From a virus: DNA of 64,000 bases. The DNA lies in the IMG/VR virus record IMGVR_UViG_3300034068_001120, positions 38,842 to 102,841 of that record. One strand, written 5' to 3'. Every line of letters starts with the position of its first letter. The first letter of the stretch is position 1. This document shows, piece after piece, positions 46,950 to 58,859 of the stretch. The position numbers were made by a program, and so were the translations under genes. Under the pieces are notes generated by a model. It had not been told where the DNA came from and did no database searches. It was given only the letters and a program-made list of their open reading frames with translations.

Positions 46950-47273
46950 TCAAGCAGTTATCTCAAGCACCGACACTACCATTTCTAATATAGATGCCGT
47001 TGCAGCAGTGGCGGTAATTGTATTTCCTGATTCACATATGATAGGAGCATCTAGCACCTGCAAAGATGATCCAGAAGGAATAACAACATTTGAAATAAGA
47101 CTAAATGATGTTCCACTTTTTACTAGAAACACACTAACAGCACAAGAATTATAAGAGTCAACATTAGAAATATTAATACCATTTGCCACACCTGTTCCTA
47201 CTACACCATCGTAAATAGTGGTGTTTGAGGATGTGGTGAGTTTTGTTCCTTGACTTTTATATGCTTCTGCCAT
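46950..47273 (-). CDS. small tail/structural protein
   Basis: Beta-rich; INISNVD...IPSGSSL...VSVLEIT. Confidence 0.65.
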   Translation of the reverse strand: MAEAYKSQGTKLTTSSNTTIYDGVVGTGVANGINISNVDSYNSCAVSVFLVKSGTSFSLISNVVIPSGSSLQVLDAPIICESGNTITATAATASILEMVVSVLEITA

Positions 47274-47274
47274 G

Positions 47275-47481
47275 TTATTCTCCTGTTGGTTCTTGTATTG
47301 GTAATTCTAATCCAAAAAACAAATATGCTTCTTCTACAGAATCAAACCAATACCATCCATCTACTGGATATGTATAAGTGTCCTTTAGATCGTCATTCAA
47401 GACATAGTTGGCATTGCTGACCATTGTTGGTCCGTGTAACACCATTCCGTCATCATTTTTGTAAAATCCTTGTGTCGTCAT
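47275..47481 (-). CDS. tail-fibre-associated small protein
   Basis: GFYK...YTYPVDGWYWFDS; directly downstream of the fibre gene. Confidence 0.65.
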   Translation of the reverse strand: MTTQGFYKNDDGMVLHGPTMVSNANYVLNDDLKDTYTYPVDGWYWFDSVEEAYLFFGLELPIQEPTGE

Positions 47482-47489
47482 ATTGTTCC

Positions 47490-50400
47490 TTATGCTGTAA
47501 CTGTCCAACCTTTATCTGTTGCTACTTTAGAGTACGGAGGAGTTGCTGTAATTCCGATAGAGCCAACAGTTTGTGATACCGACACCGTGTAGGTTCCTGC
47601 TCCACCGTAAGTTCTGAAAGAGTAAGTTCCTGTTGAGTTAGAAGTCAAATTATTAGAAAGAGTTACATTTGATCCGTTAAGATGTGTAACATAAGTTCCA
47701 TTAGGAATTCCTGTGCCAGAAACAAGATGACCAACGATAATGGATGTGGGAGAACTGACTACCAGAATGGGTTGACCACTAAGACTGCCGCTTGAAGTCG
47801 GAGTAGCAGCAGCGGCATTTGTTCCTGTAAGTTGGTTAGTTATAATAGTTCCAACTGTAACACCTACTCCGCTGATGCGTTGATTAGGATAAAGAGTTCC
47901 TGATGAAACTGCGGTAACTGTAAGAGTGGTGCTAGCAATAGATCCTGAAACAGTTGCCTTTATTGCTCCTAATTGATTAGTAATTGTGATAGTCTTTGAT
48001 ACAACCGTGGCAAGATTAGTGTAAAGGGTATTAAGCGCATCTACTCCCATTTTTGATCCACTAATGGTTATGTTTTGATTTATTCCTGTTGCTGCTATAG
48101 AACTCAAATTAGTACAATTATTAAATATAGTACTGTATATTGTAGTGTTTGCTCCTCCTGCTAAATTCAATGCTGGAATTTCTGTTAGATTGGTGCAATT
48201 ACCGAAGACTAAATTATATGCTGTAGAAGACAAAGTTCCTACTACAGGTTGGGTAACAAATAATGGAACAGAGGTGAGAGAAAAGCAATTATTAAACATC
48301 TGTGTAAAATCTGTTACTTTTGCTGTATTGAATAATGGAACAGTAGTAAGAGTATAGCAATTACTAAACATACTGTTAAGGGTGGTTGCATTTGCCGTAT
48401 TAAATAATGGAACAGAAGTGAGAGAATAGCAAGTATTAAACATACTTGTAAAATTAGTTCCTTTTGCTGTATTGAATAATGGAACAGAAGTGAGAGAATA
48501 GCAATTTTGAAACATACTTGTAAAAGTAGTTGTATTTGCAGTGTTGAATAATGGAACAGTAGTAAGAGCATGGCAACTATTAAACATAGTATCAAGGGTG
48601 GTTGCCTTTACAGTGTTGAATAATGGAACAGAAGTGAGTGAGCTGCATTGCCGAAACATACTTGTAAAAGTAGTTGCATTTGCAGTGTTGAATAATGGAA
48701 CAGAGGTGAGAGAAAAACAACCATTAAACATATTACTAAAAGTAGTTGCATTTGTAGTGTTGAATAAAGGAACAGAAACTAAAGAGGGGGATTGATAAAA
48801 CATCTGTGTAAAATCTGTTACTTTTGCGGTATTAAATAATGGAACAGAAGTGAGAGAATAGCAAACAGAAAACATACTGTTAAGGGTGGTTGCATTTGTA
48901 GTGTCGAATAATGGAACAGAAGTGAGAGAATAGCAACTAGCAAACATATTTGAAAAATCAGTTCCTTTTGCGGTGTTAAATAATGGAACAGAGGTGAGAG
49001 AATGGCAACTACTAAACATAATGCTAAAACTAACCGATAAATTTGTGTATAGACTTACTATTTTTTTCAAACTCGCACTATTATAGAACAGATAACTACA
49101 AGATCCCCATACATTTGGACCCACCCATTCAAATTGCTCTAATGCTCTAAACGGTTTTGATGCAGTTCCAAGAGCGAATGAGTTAGTCGCTGCCATTCCT
49201 GCTTTAATATCTAACCAACGAGTACTAGCAGTACTGCTCTCTGTTATTTTTCCATCTGTCCAATTAGACAAAAGAGTGACCGCTGTAATATTTTGTCCAC
49301 TTTGGGGAGTAATAGTAATCAGTACAGTTTTATAGCCATTGTATGCATTTTGACCTGTAAGAGCAGAAAAAGTCGCAGTAGTGTAGGTGTGATTTGCTTG
49401 CACATTAGAAGCAATATCCGAAGTAGTTTCGTCTCCCCAATCTACGGTATACGCTCCTGTGCAGGAAAACGCTACAAAATTTGTATTATTATTGTACACA
49501 GCATACGCACCGACAAGTTTCTGCTCAGTACTACTCATTGCGGTAGAAGCAACAGTCTGTGATGCCGATACCGTGTATGTGCCTGTGCCTCCTGTTCCTG
49601 TGCCTAGTGCTGTAATTCTAGTTCCTGTGGTAATGACTCCTGTTTGATCTCCTGCTGTAGGCAGAGTAACAAGTTGTCCTACTGCAAGTGTGCCAGATGC
49701 CACTGCTGTTACTGTGAGAGTTGTTCCAGAAATACTTCCAGTAATCTCACAGGTCATTACAGTAGGTAATGGAATCCATCCACCAATAATGACTGTTGGT
49801 GGTGTTGAGAATCTAGCATTACCTGTGTTTACGATGAATGCTGTAATTGCTCCACCAGATACTGTTGCCGTTGCACTGGTAGTTGTTCCTGCTGTTCCAT
49901 CAATGAAAACAGTTGGTGCCGAGGTATAACCACTACCACCAGAATTGACTGCTAGTGCTACTTGTGCGGAAATCGTAGCAGTTGCGGCGGCATTACTACC
50001 AGCACCTCCAGTAAAACTAATAGTAGGAGCAGAAGTATAGCCCGTACCGCAAATTATGTTTGGTACTGCTACGGCTAACACGCCTCTAGGAGTAATTGTC
50101 GTGGATGCTACTGTTTGTGGTATGCTGACTGTATAGGTTCCTGCTCCACCTGTACCAGTGCCAAGAGCAATAATCGTAGTTTGACCTGCAACATAATTTC
50201 CTGTTAGAATTTGACCAACATGTAATACTGCTGTTCCTGCTGCACTTACTGTGAGTGTTGTTCCCGAAATACTGCCTGTACAAGTTCCTGTTCCGTTAGT
50301 ATTGCTTAGAGTAATTGTTGGTTGTGTGAGATAGCGTGATCCTGCAAGTACTATGGCAATACTAACAACTCTGCCCCCGACTACGGTAGCAGTTCCTGTT

Positions 50401-50834
50401 GCCGTAGTTCCGCCAGAAGAGGGTGCAGAGAAAGTAACTGTGGGTGCAGAACTATATCCACTACCTCCATCAAGAACCATAACATCTGTTACCGTGTGCC
50501 ACAGGTTTACTGCGGTAATGGTGTTAGTAGTTCTTGTTACTCCTGCTTCTGCACCGCTGCCTCCACCACCAGTAAATACAACTGTTGGATCTGATGTGTA
50601 TCCTGATCCGACGGCAGTTACAACAACAGATGCTAAAGTGCCGTTTGTAAGAGTAACTGTGGCAGTTCCATCTTTTCCGTTACCATTCGTCGGACGGATA
50701 TAGGTAGATGAGTTTCTAGCCTGTTTCAGACCTTTTTTGTTTGCCAATACAGAGGTGGATAAAGTGCCTGAAACAGAACTTTGTGATGCACTGTCAACAC
50801 CAATAAATCCACCTGTGCTTCTATTCTTCCTCAT
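47490..50834 (-). CDS. tail fibre / receptor-binding protein with DUF285 (BspA-like LRR) repeats
   Basis: GSGYT..PTV repeats, [10 protein letters not shown] modules and ~11 x [16 protein letters not shown] repeats; ATGA-coupled start at 50834. Confidence 0.85.
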   Translation of the reverse strand: MRKNRSTGGFIGVDSASQSSVSGTLSTSVLANKKGLKQARNSSTYIRPTNGNGKDGTATVTLTNGTLASVVVTAVGSGYTSDPTVVFTGGGGSGAEAGVTRTTNTITAVNLWHTVTDVMVLDGGSGYSSAPTVTFSAPSSGGTTATGTATVVGGRVVSIAIVLAGSRYLTQPTITLSNTNGTGTCTGSISGTTLTVSAAGTAVLHVGQILTGNYVAGQTTIIALGTGTGGAGTYTVSIPQTVASTTITPRGVLAVAVPNIICGTGYTSAPTISFTGGAGSNAAATATISAQVALAVNSGGSGYTSAPTVFIDGTAGTTTSATATVSGGAITAFIVNTGNARFSTPPTVIIGGWIPLPTVMTCEITGSISGTTLTVTAVASGTLAVGQLVTLPTAGDQTGVITTGTRITALGTGTGGTGTYTVSASQTVASTAMSSTEQKLVGAYAVYNNNTNFVAFSCTGAYTVDWGDETTSDIASNVQANHTYTTATFSALTGQNAYNGYKTVLITITPQSGQNITAVTLLSNWTDGKITESSTASTRWLDIKAGMAATNSFALGTASKPFRALEQFEWVGPNVWGSCSYLFYNSASLKKIVSLYTNLSVSFSIMFSSCHSLTSVPLFNTAKGTDFSNMFASCYSLTSVPLFDTTNATTLNSMFSVCYSLTSVPLFNTAKVTDFTQMFYQSPSLVSVPLFNTTNATTFSNMFNGCFSLTSVPLFNTANATTFTSMFRQCSSLTSVPLFNTVKATTLDTMFNSCHALTTVPLFNTANTTTFTSMFQNCYSLTSVPLFNTAKGTNFTSMFNTCYSLTSVPLFNTANATTLNSMFSNCYTLTTVPLFNTAKVTDFTQMFNNCFSLTSVPLFVTQPVVGTLSSTAYNLVFGNCTNLTEIPALNLAGGANTTIYSTIFNNCTNLSSIAATGINQNITISGSKMGVDALNTLYTNLATVVSKTITITNQLGAIKATVSGSIASTTLTVTAVSSGTLYPNQRISGVGVTVGTIITNQLTGTNAAAATPTSSGSLSGQPILVVSSPTSIIVGHLVSGTGIPNGTYVTHLNGSNVTLSNNLTSNSTGTYSFRTYGGAGTYTVSVSQTVGSIGITATPPYSKVATDKGWTVTA
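48255..49030 (-). repeat. tandem LRR-coding repeats (~11 units, 60-nt / 20-aa period)
   Basis: AATAATGGAACAGAAGTGAGAGAATAGCA core recurs at a 60-nt spacing. Confidence 0.85.
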
Positions 50835-51001
50835 CCTATAAACCACTTTCTTGCTGTTGTATCTGATACAGCAGAATCAAATCTGTCTACTATGACTTCT
50901 CGATTCCAGAATATTCCGAACACGAAATTTGCACTTTTTACCACTCCTACTACGACAGATGCAAAACCTACTCTACTAGCATGGAAAGAAGGAATTCTCA
51001 T
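50831..51001 (-). CDS. 56-aa hypothetical protein (not in the ORF track)
   Basis: ATGA overlaps at both ends: [12 protein letters not shown]...RKWFIG. Confidence 0.65.
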   Translation of the reverse strand: MRIPSFHASRVGFASVVVGVVKSANFVFGIFWNREVIVDRFDSAVSDTTARKWFIG

Positions 51002-52344
51002 GCGCTTAGACTTCCTGCAACATTATAGACATTAGAAACATAACTGATTATACTTGCCGATCCATGTTGCCCACTTATTTTCAAATAACCTTGATATGAG
51101 TTCAGGGTAGTACCAGATGCGGCAATAGTTGTCTGTCCTGCACCAAGTTGAATAACGGTGCAGTTGAATCCTACCGCCAATGATGCAGGAACTGTGAGCG
51201 TGTTTCCTGTCCCCACATTCATGGTTACAATTTTTCCGTTGTCTCCTGCAACTAGACTATAACTAGCGGTCTGTGCATTTATTGCTCCAGAAGATATTTG
51301 ATATCCTGTGCTGATTATTGGACCAGTGAAGGTTGCACCAGTTGAACTCAATCCACTTGGTAGATTTAATAGGCCGTAAATAGTTGCAGCACTTTGTAGT
51401 GTAGCACCAATGACGGCAGTATTTGATCCAAGTCCTAGAGCATCAGCACCAATCACTATTTCATTTGTTAATGCATTCGCACTTGCTCTTGCTTGATGAC
51501 CAATATAGATTCCATTAGTTCCTGATGCTAAGCCAGTTGTTCCAGTTCCTCTATATCGCCCTGCATTATTTCCAAGGGCAGTCAGTTGGGATCCCGTAGT
51601 AATTTGTCTTAATACATTACTACCCACACCAGTATTATTTGAACCACTAGTATTTAACGTTAAAGATTGATATCCTACGCCGACATTTTGGGATCCTGTA
51701 TTGCCCACTGCACCTAGAGCGTCAGAACCAATTCCTATATTAAAATCTCCTACAGTCAATGAATCTAAAGAATTGATTCCGATTGCAAGATTATTACCTG
51801 CGGTTGAACTATTTGTAAGTGCACCATATCCTATTGCAATATTATTCTCACCACTAGAATTTGTAGAGAGTGTGCCTGCACCGATTGCAGTATTAAATTG
51901 TCCTGTCGTATTTGAAGTCAACGCAGAACCACCTACTGCAGTATTATATGACCCGAGAGAGGAATTTGGTTGATCACTCGTATTTGATGCTAGTGCACCA
52001 TTACCAATTGCTACATTGTTTGTGTCAGAACTTTTTCCCAGACCAACCGTCATAGAATTTACCGTGATATCTTTAGAGAAAGTTGCTGTTGCTCCACTAA
52101 TCAATCCTGTAAATGTTGCACCCGATGCAGAAATACCCGCAGAGAATGTGTTAAGTTGAGTAAAGGTATTTGCAGTACCCAATCCCACAGAAGAAGTGGA
52201 ATCTAAAAATATAACATTTGTGCCAGCAGTTCCACCAACATACAATTTTTTATCAACTAGATTAATTGCCATTTCACCAGCAGTCAAACCAGTCGGTGCC
52301 GTTGCGTCTGCCGTTCTTCTTTTAATTTTTACTTGTGTTGCCAT
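50998..52344 (-). CDS. tail fibre protein with trimeric beta-roll repeats
   Basis: MATQVKIKR...GEMAIN..DKKLYVG N-terminus; N.AIG..AL..NT.G repeats. Confidence 0.85.
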   Translation of the reverse strand: MATQVKIKRRTADATAPTGLTAGEMAINLVDKKLYVGGTAGTNVIFLDSTSSVGLGTANTFTQLNTFSAGISASGATFTGLISGATATFSKDITVNSMTVGLGKSSDTNNVAIGNGALASNTSDQPNSSLGSYNTAVGGSALTSNTTGQFNTAIGAGTLSTNSSGENNIAIGYGALTNSSTAGNNLAIGINSLDSLTVGDFNIGIGSDALGAVGNTGSQNVGVGYQSLTLNTSGSNNTGVGSNVLRQITTGSQLTALGNNAGRYRGTGTTGLASGTNGIYIGHQARASANALTNEIVIGADALGLGSNTAVIGATLQSAATIYGLLNLPSGLSSTGATFTGPIISTGYQISSGAINAQTASYSLVAGDNGKIVTMNVGTGNTLTVPASLAVGFNCTVIQLGAGQTTIAASGTTLNSYQGYLKISGQHGSASIISYVSNVYNVAGSLSA

Positions 52345-52362
52345 AATATAACTCTACACTAT

Positions 52363-52569
52363 TTAGAAGGTTTCTCCATCCAATTTTTCACCCTTTTTCT
52401 TCTTTTCGTGTTTATTAAATAGTGTAGTATATTTTTCTGTCAGATCTGCAAATTTTGCTCTTTCAATTAATAAATTTGCTTCTAATATTAGATTAGAATT
52501 AGTTAATTCTCTGAACTTACCTTGAAGTAACGGTATAACAATAGACTCATTATAATTAGGTTCACTCAT
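52363..52569 (-). CDS. small coiled-coil protein ending DGETF
   Basis: 68 aa with SD. Confidence 0.6.
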   Translation of the reverse strand: MSEPNYNESIVIPLLQGKFRELTNSNLILEANLLIERAKFADLTEKYTTLFNKHEKKKKGEKLDGETF

Positions 52570-52583
52570 ATATTAAATTCCTT

Positions 52584-54956
52584 TTAGAAAGTTCCACCGT
52601 CAATTAACGTTGCAGAGAGTTCTCCAGATGCAGCATTGTATGTCAATGTTGAATTTATCTTTGCTGGTAAATTTCCAGGGGTACTATCGGTAACGAATGT
52701 AATAAAACATGTTGTATCTGATGAGTCTGCAAGAACTGCTATATTGGTCGCATTTGTTGCGGTTCCTGTAAGAGTGGCGGTAATGGTTCCTGCGGTAAAT
52801 CCACCACTAGCATCTCTTGCAACTATAGCACTGGCAGTATTCGCACTTGTTGCAGTTGTTGCAGAATTTGAAACTTTACCCGCAGTTGCTATAGTTGCTA
52901 ACTTGGTATCGACGATACCTGCAGCTGCATTGATATCATTATTTGATATAATACCTGCGGCAAAGGAAGAATTCCATGTACCACTTGTAATAGTACCGAC
53001 TTGTGTCAGCGAAGATCCAGTTATACCAGCACCCAGTGCGGAAGAATTAAGAACTGTTGTTCCACCAATTTTATAGGATTTACCCGAAAGAACATTAAGA
53101 TCCACAGTAGACAACCACGAAGTACTAGAATGTTCGTATGCGAAAGAAATTCCTGTTCCTACACCAATTGCAATACCAGCACCAGTAGAAAGAGAAGCAC
53201 TATTTAATGTAAGACCCATTGTTATGTTAAAGTCTTCAACATTAAGGGTTGTGGTATTAAGGGTTGTGGTACTTCCTTGAACTGTGAAATCGCCGTTTAC
53301 TATAACAGAACCTGCAAATGTTGCAGTGCCACCTATAACTCCAACATTTAATGCGGTTGCTGCGCCTGCAAAGTTAACAGTGGTTGCAGTTGCATTAATA
53401 AGACTAAAAGTTGTACTTGGAGTAGTCAGACTTGTAGTGATGGCAGGATCTGTTCCAAATACAGCCACACCAGTACCAGTTTCATCAGTAAGTGCAGTAC
53501 GCAGATGTGAAGAAGTAAATGAACCTAATGTTGTTCCGTTTCCAATGGATGTAATAGCACCTGTTAGATTTGCATTAGTGGTAACGGTACCCGCTACAAG
53601 TCCTGAAGCAGTACCTGTTATATTAGTACCAACCAACTGTGTTGGTGTGCCAAAAGTTCCACCACTAGTAGAGATACCCGCAGAGAATGTGTTGACTGCA
53701 GTAAAGGTATTGGCAACAGAAGTAGTTACACCACCAACTGCACCTGTGAGTCCGTTGAAACTAGAAACTCCTGTAACAGCACCTGTTGCACCGTTGAAAG
53801 TTCGAACGCCGATATTTGTAATAGTAACTGCGCCAGTTGCACCAGATACGGAAATTCCAGTTCCTGCTACTGCCGAAGAAACAACTGTTGTAGTCAATGC
53901 AACAGTTCCTGTTGCATCTGGCAGAGTGATTAAATTATTTGTTGTTGGAAAGCCCGCGTGAAAGTTTGTATATGTATTTCCAGGTTTGAAGCTAATATAA
54001 TTTGGGTCTACATTCGACTCGGAATCTGTCTTTGTTTGAAGAACCAGAGCACCGCCATAAACGGATACAGTACCCAGACCTGATGGAAGATTTGTTACTG
54101 TTAAAACTGTTGGACTACCTATACCGCTAGTTTCGGATGTTGGAGCAATAACAACGCTACCAAATGGAGATACAGTCAGGGTATTTCCAGTTCCAGAAGC
54201 AGTGGTAATAGTTGCAACAGTATTTCCAACTTGAATTGTTGGATTTCTAAGATTAAGAGTACCAGTAGCAGCACCCATAGTAATTGCAGTTGCTGCACCA
54301 CCGATACCTAAACTAGTTGCAACACTATTAAATACAGTTGCATTTCCTGCTGTTGTAGTTGTAAGAGTTGCTGGAGTATTATTAATACTAACAGAACCCG
54401 TTGTGTTTATATTTACAGCATTTAAATTGCCACCACTTACGGTGATACCAGCAGAGAATGTTTGGGCTGCGGTAAAGGTATTGGCAACCGAAGTAGTCAC
54501 ACCACCCACTGCTCCTGTGAGTCCGTTGAAACTAGAAACTCCTGTAACGGCTCCTGTTGCACCGTTGAAGGTCTGAACACCGATATTTGTAATTGTGACT
54601 GCACCAGTTGCACCAGATACCGAAATTCCAGTTCCTGCTACTGCTGATCCTACTCCTGTAACAGCACCTGTTGCGCCGTTGAAACTAGAAACACCAGTTG
54701 CACTTGCTATTATTTTCGCACCAATTCGTTGCTCAATTGCATATTGTGTTGCAAGAGAGGTTTGTGCAGAGGTATCTGTCCATGTTCCAGTAGTGCCAAT
54801 TTGTGCACCAACCCAGACTGGATTTCCACCAGAAATACCAACATAGAGTTGGTTTGCGGTTAATCCAGATCCTTGAACAAGTGCCATTTCACCATAGGAA
54901 AGGCCGGCGGGTGCAGCTGCAGTTTGTGATCGTTTAATTGTAATTTTAGATGCCAT
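52584..54956 (-). CDS. long tail fibre protein
   Basis: MASKITIKRS...GEMA; VSSFNGxTGAV repeats; ends IDGGTF; TATAAATA upstream. Confidence 0.85.
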   Translation of the reverse strand: MASKITIKRSQTAAAPAGLSYGEMALVQGSGLTANQLYVGISGGNPVWVGAQIGTTGTWTDTSAQTSLATQYAIEQRIGAKIIASATGVSSFNGATGAVTGVGSAVAGTGISVSGATGAVTITNIGVQTFNGATGAVTGVSSFNGLTGAVGGVTTSVANTFTAAQTFSAGITVSGGNLNAVNINTTGSVSINNTPATLTTTTAGNATVFNSVATSLGIGGAATAITMGAATGTLNLRNPTIQVGNTVATITTASGTGNTLTVSPFGSVVIAPTSETSGIGSPTVLTVTNLPSGLGTVSVYGGALVLQTKTDSESNVDPNYISFKPGNTYTNFHAGFPTTNNLITLPDATGTVALTTTVVSSAVAGTGISVSGATGAVTITNIGVRTFNGATGAVTGVSSFNGLTGAVGGVTTSVANTFTAVNTFSAGISTSGGTFGTPTQLVGTNITGTASGLVAGTVTTNANLTGAITSIGNGTTLGSFTSSHLRTALTDETGTGVAVFGTDPAITTSLTTPSTTFSLINATATTVNFAGAATALNVGVIGGTATFAGSVIVNGDFTVQGSTTTLNTTTLNVEDFNITMGLTLNSASLSTGAGIAIGVGTGISFAYEHSSTSWLSTVDLNVLSGKSYKIGGTTVLNSSALGAGITGSSLTQVGTITSGTWNSSFAAGIISNNDINAAAGIVDTKLATIATAGKVSNSATTATSANTASAIVARDASGGFTAGTITATLTGTATNATNIAVLADSSDTTCFITFVTDSTPGNLPAKINSTLTYNAASGELSATLIDGGTF

Positions 54957-54986
54957 AGTTGATTCCTTTATTTCTATTTATAATGG

Positions 54987-55505
54987 CTAAAACTCTCCAC
55001 CATCCATAGTCATATTATCCACAGGTTCTATTAAAGAATTTGCAGTAGCACCAAAAATACCCGTAGAAGTCACTATTTGACCAGTAACAATTAAATCCTC
55101 AGTTAAATAGAGACTAGATCCTCTAATAGGACCAGTAAAAGTCACACCATCCAGAACGTTTAAAGTAGATGCGGAGCCTTGTGTTGTACCATCGGGAAAT
55201 ATAATATAACTAGGATTATATATTGTTCCAAATTGAAATGATCCAGGAGTAGTTAATAGTCCATCCTCTTCTATAAATTTAAATGTACTAACTACTTGTG
55301 TATCTGTTGAATCCGCATTAGTAAACTGTATTGCTCCTGCGCCTCCTTTAATTGATGGTATGACTACCACACCAGAGGTTGCACCGATTATGGAGAATTT
55401 ACCGTCTATGGATACTATGGATAATACTGTAGGAACAACAGCATTCTGCCTATCAAGAGCAATTTTTTCTCTGATTTTTTGTAATTTGGCATTAACATAT
55501 TCCAT
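54987..55505 (-). CDS. short fibre-associated protein ending DGGEF
   Basis: 3' ~100 nt nearly identical to 55606..55968; TATAAATA upstream. Confidence 0.7.
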   Translation of the reverse strand: MEYVNAKLQKIREKIALDRQNAVVPTVLSIVSIDGKFSIIGATSGVVVIPSIKGGAGAIQFTNADSTDTQVVSTFKFIEEDGLLTTPGSFQFGTIYNPSYIIFPDGTTQGSASTLNVLDGVTFTGPIRGSSLYLTEDLIVTGQIVTSTGIFGATANSLIEPVDNMTMDGGEF

Positions 55506-55605
55506 ACGTGTTTATTTATATGAATCTTCTATATTTGTAAATATAGCAATGTTATGAGTCTTTCTACTTTATCAGTATTTTAGAATTTTTTTTCTGTGTA
55601 TATCA

Positions 55606-55968
55606 TTAAAACTCTCCACCATCCATATTCATATTATCCACAGGTTCTATTAAAGAATTTGCCGTTGCACCAAAAACTCCTGTAGAAGTCACTATTCGAC
55701 CTGTAACCACCAAATCTCCTGTCATATAAACCGTTGAACCAAATGTTGCACCGTTTGAGGAAATGCCCGTATTAAATGTATTGAGTGCCGTAAAGGTATT
55801 TGCTACAGAAGTAGTAACACCATGTACCGCACCTGTGAGTCCATTAAAAGAAGAAACATAATTTGTAGTACCTAATGCTTTCCAATACGATCCACTCCAT
55901 ATCCACGATTTGGCATCATATGAATACGTGTCGTTTGTGGCAGGACCATTTGGAAAATTAATTGGCAT
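55606..55968 (-). CDS. short fibre-associated protein ending DGGEF
   Basis: MPINFP..P...W.W.G..W start; [11 protein letters not shown]. Confidence 0.75.
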   Translation of the reverse strand: MPINFPNGPATNDTYSYDAKSWIWSGSYWKALGTTNYVSSFNGLTGAVHGVTTSVANTFTALNTFNTGISSNGATFGSTVYMTGDLVVTGRIVTSTGVFGATANSLIEPVDNMNMDGGEF

Positions 55969-55970
55969 AC

Positions 55971-58847
55971 TTACCAGAACCTAAGAGTGCGCCACATTTC
56001 TTGACCCGTATGTCGCATAATATAAAGATATTTCAAACCATCAGCAGTTGTTACAATTTCCATACGATTACCAAGAACTGCGGCACCGTGTGCATAAGGA
56101 GTTGTAGTTTCTCCATTCATTTGGAATGTCTGCAAGTCTATTGAATACACTCTTCCTGTTGCGTCTTTAGTAAAGAAGTAAGTGTCTTCGCCATCATAAA
56201 CAAACATCGTGCCAGTTGTAAGAGTAACTGTTTGTGGTGTAAATACAGGACTCACATCCCATGTGTTTGAAGGAATATCATACAGATCAAATCCGTTACT
56301 TGCACCACCACGATTTGAGATCAACCATCTTCCTGCCTTAGCAGTATCAGCAATACCAAACAACCATGTTATATTTGTTCCTGTTGAACGAGCAGCAATC
56401 TCATAGATTACATACACCGAGGTTGTATCCGTAGTTACAGCAGATGCAATAGTAATTACTGTGGCAGTATTAGATGTAATAGCAATTTCGTTTCCTATAC
56501 CTGTACCTGCAACAATTCTTACACGCTTACCTGCAAGAATATTTACTGTCCAGTTCTTATTAGCATCAGTAATAGTTGTAGATACACCACCAGTAGTCAC
56601 AACACCAAACGCATCTAAAATCTCATACTTTGTAGTTGCATCAGGTGTTGCAACACCCCATGATGCTACAGTAAGAGTAGTGGCTGTATTTGATGTAATT
56701 GTAGATTCGTTCCCAATTCCAGTTCCAGAAACAACTCGTACTTTACAGTTTAACCATTGATTGATATTCCAATTTTTAGTGGAGTCAACAAGAGTTGTAG
56801 CAGTTCCAGATGTTGCCCAACCGTTTCTTTGTTTGGTCAATACTTTATTTGTTTGCATAGAACCAAAACAATTAATTTCTTGAATTACATAACGGCTTGT
56901 TCCGTTTACTGCTGCTGTAATAGTAGGAACTGTAATTGTTGTAGCAGTATTCGAAGTAATTCTTCTACTCTGTATTGTTGGAGTAATACCAGCAGTCTGA
57001 ATGTGAACAATCTTTCCTGTATGTTCATTGGTATCCCATGTAGCAGTAGCATCTACAAGTACAGTCACAGATTGTGAACTTGCAGCAGTTGGTGATGCAG
57101 TTGCCGAAGCATTTGCAGCAATAGAGAAAGTAGTCTGTGAGCCTATACCGATAGTTGCAAACACCGCATTAAAGGTAGTTTCTGTAGCACAACCCGCAAT
57201 AGTTACCGATTCACCATGACGGAAATCGTGATTCGTAGCAGTTGTAACAACTGCACTTTTTCCAGTAGTTACAGTTAAAGTTAATGATGTACCACTACCA
57301 CCTGTAGTAGCACTACTGGTAATAGCAGCATAGTTGATGCCACTATTTGCAAGTTGAACAGAAGTAACTGCACCACCTGTTGTTACCTCTGTCACATAAG
57401 CAGTAGCAAGAGTTCCTGTTGTCGAAAGAGTAACAAGATCACCAACAACATAATTTGTTCCTGCTGCATTCACTGCAACTGTCAAAATACCAGTGGCATT
57501 ATATACAATACCACTCACACCATATCCTTCATGTGGTGCGCCATATGTTGCACCAGCATATGGAGTTGCCGAAATATTTCTAGCAATTCCCGTATCACTT
57601 ACATGACCAGTAGACCAAATATCTGCTTCTACTCCATATTGGAACATTGCAGCACTTGCATTTCCCGATAACCATAATTTATCAGTATCTCCATATATTG
57701 CATATTGTGAAGTTGCATCAGGTGTAATATCCCATTTTCTAGCAATCCACATGGTTGTGTCATTGTGTCCAACGATTCTTCTTCGTTGTCCAATACCAGT
57801 GCCACTTGTAATACGAACTTGATAATTCGCATAACGATCATAATCCATCGTTGCACCACTATTTACTAGTGTTCTTGAGGTTGCAGAAGATGCAGTAAGT
57901 CCACTTACATATGCACCTGCTGCTTCACCTGTTCGATCTATAGAAAAATCAGTTCCCAGTGCAGCGGTTAGGTGACCACCAATAGGTGTCTTGGTCATCC
58001 ATGTATCGGTTAAAATATCATAAAATTGCATAGAAGAAAAAGGAGTTGCTGCTGCGGATGAAATTAACCACAAACCACCAGCAAGAATCATATAAACAGA
58101 ACTTTCGTCAGGTGTTACAGTCCATGCAGTATCAACAGTTAATACTGATGATTCAATCACATAGTGTGCCTGTGATCCTGCTGTTGTTACAGGAACCGCA
58201 TATGGAGTAACAGCAGAAAATCCAGTATTGTTAAAAGAATCAATTGCTTGAAAATTGGTATCAAAAAAGGTTAATGATGTCGTATCATTGTATGAAATTC
58301 TACGAATTTGTGTTTGACCTGTACCATACACTAAACGACATTGATAACCATCCCATTGGTTGACTCTCCACTTCTTTGTAGAGTCTGCAATAGATACGAG
58401 TGCTGTAGTATTTGTAAATGCAGTGATAACACCAAAGTCTGCTATTTCTGCATCTGCTAGTTCAGTAATGGTTCGTTCTTGTCCTGCACCTTTACCTGCA
58501 ATAATACGAATTTTAATATTATCAGGAAGATGCGAATGGCGACTAAATCCTGCTACAGTAATAGTAGTAGACGATGCTGCAATAGCATGACCACGATATC
58601 CAGAGTATGCTGAATATTTCATACTCACTGCTGTAAGTGGTGCGATATTGGGAGCAGCACACTCTTGCCATGTATCAGCATAGGTATCATATCTCCACAT
58701 TGCTTGAGCAACAAGATAGTACATATATCGTGCAGCAAGATCACTTGAAGCAAGGGTAGAAGTTGCAGAAGTTGCTGTTGGAGCAAAGCGCATCCATTCA
58801 AATACTGGTAGATCTACTTGTGTTTTTAATAAATTTGTTACTGCCAT
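55971..58847 (-). CDS. large virion structural protein with repeated VRIxxGTG modules
   Basis: Repeats of K.W..N...VRI..GTG.G....ITSNTAT; Thr-rich. Confidence 0.75.
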   Translation of the reverse strand: MAVTNLLKTQVDLPVFEWMRFAPTATSATSTLASSDLAARYMYYLVAQAMWRYDTYADTWQECAAPNIAPLTAVSMKYSAYSGYRGHAIAASSTTITVAGFSRHSHLPDNIKIRIIAGKGAGQERTITELADAEIADFGVITAFTNTTALVSIADSTKKWRVNQWDGYQCRLVYGTGQTQIRRISYNDTTSLTFFDTNFQAIDSFNNTGFSAVTPYAVPVTTAGSQAHYVIESSVLTVDTAWTVTPDESSVYMILAGGLWLISSAAATPFSSMQFYDILTDTWMTKTPIGGHLTAALGTDFSIDRTGEAAGAYVSGLTASSATSRTLVNSGATMDYDRYANYQVRITSGTGIGQRRRIVGHNDTTMWIARKWDITPDATSQYAIYGDTDKLWLSGNASAAMFQYGVEADIWSTGHVSDTGIARNISATPYAGATYGAPHEGYGVSGIVYNATGILTVAVNAAGTNYVVGDLVTLSTTGTLATAYVTEVTTGGAVTSVQLANSGINYAAITSSATTGGSGTSLTLTVTTGKSAVVTTATNHDFRHGESVTIAGCATETTFNAVFATIGIGSQTTFSIAANASATASPTAASSQSVTVLVDATATWDTNEHTGKIVHIQTAGITPTIQSRRITSNTATTITVPTITAAVNGTSRYVIQEINCFGSMQTNKVLTKQRNGWATSGTATTLVDSTKNWNINQWLNCKVRVVSGTGIGNESTITSNTATTLTVASWGVATPDATTKYEILDAFGVVTTGGVSTTITDANKNWTVNILAGKRVRIVAGTGIGNEIAITSNTATVITIASAVTTDTTSVYVIYEIAARSTGTNITWLFGIADTAKAGRWLISNRGGASNGFDLYDIPSNTWDVSPVFTPQTVTLTTGTMFVYDGEDTYFFTKDATGRVYSIDLQTFQMNGETTTPYAHGAAVLGNRMEIVTTADGLKYLYIMRHTGQEMWRTLRFW

Positions 58848-58859
58848 ATATTTCCTTAA

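Noticed and set aside
54987-55720. DGR template/variable repeat pair
   Set aside because: Both copies are coding, differences are mostly synonymous and not adenine-specific, and no reverse transcriptase is in the window.
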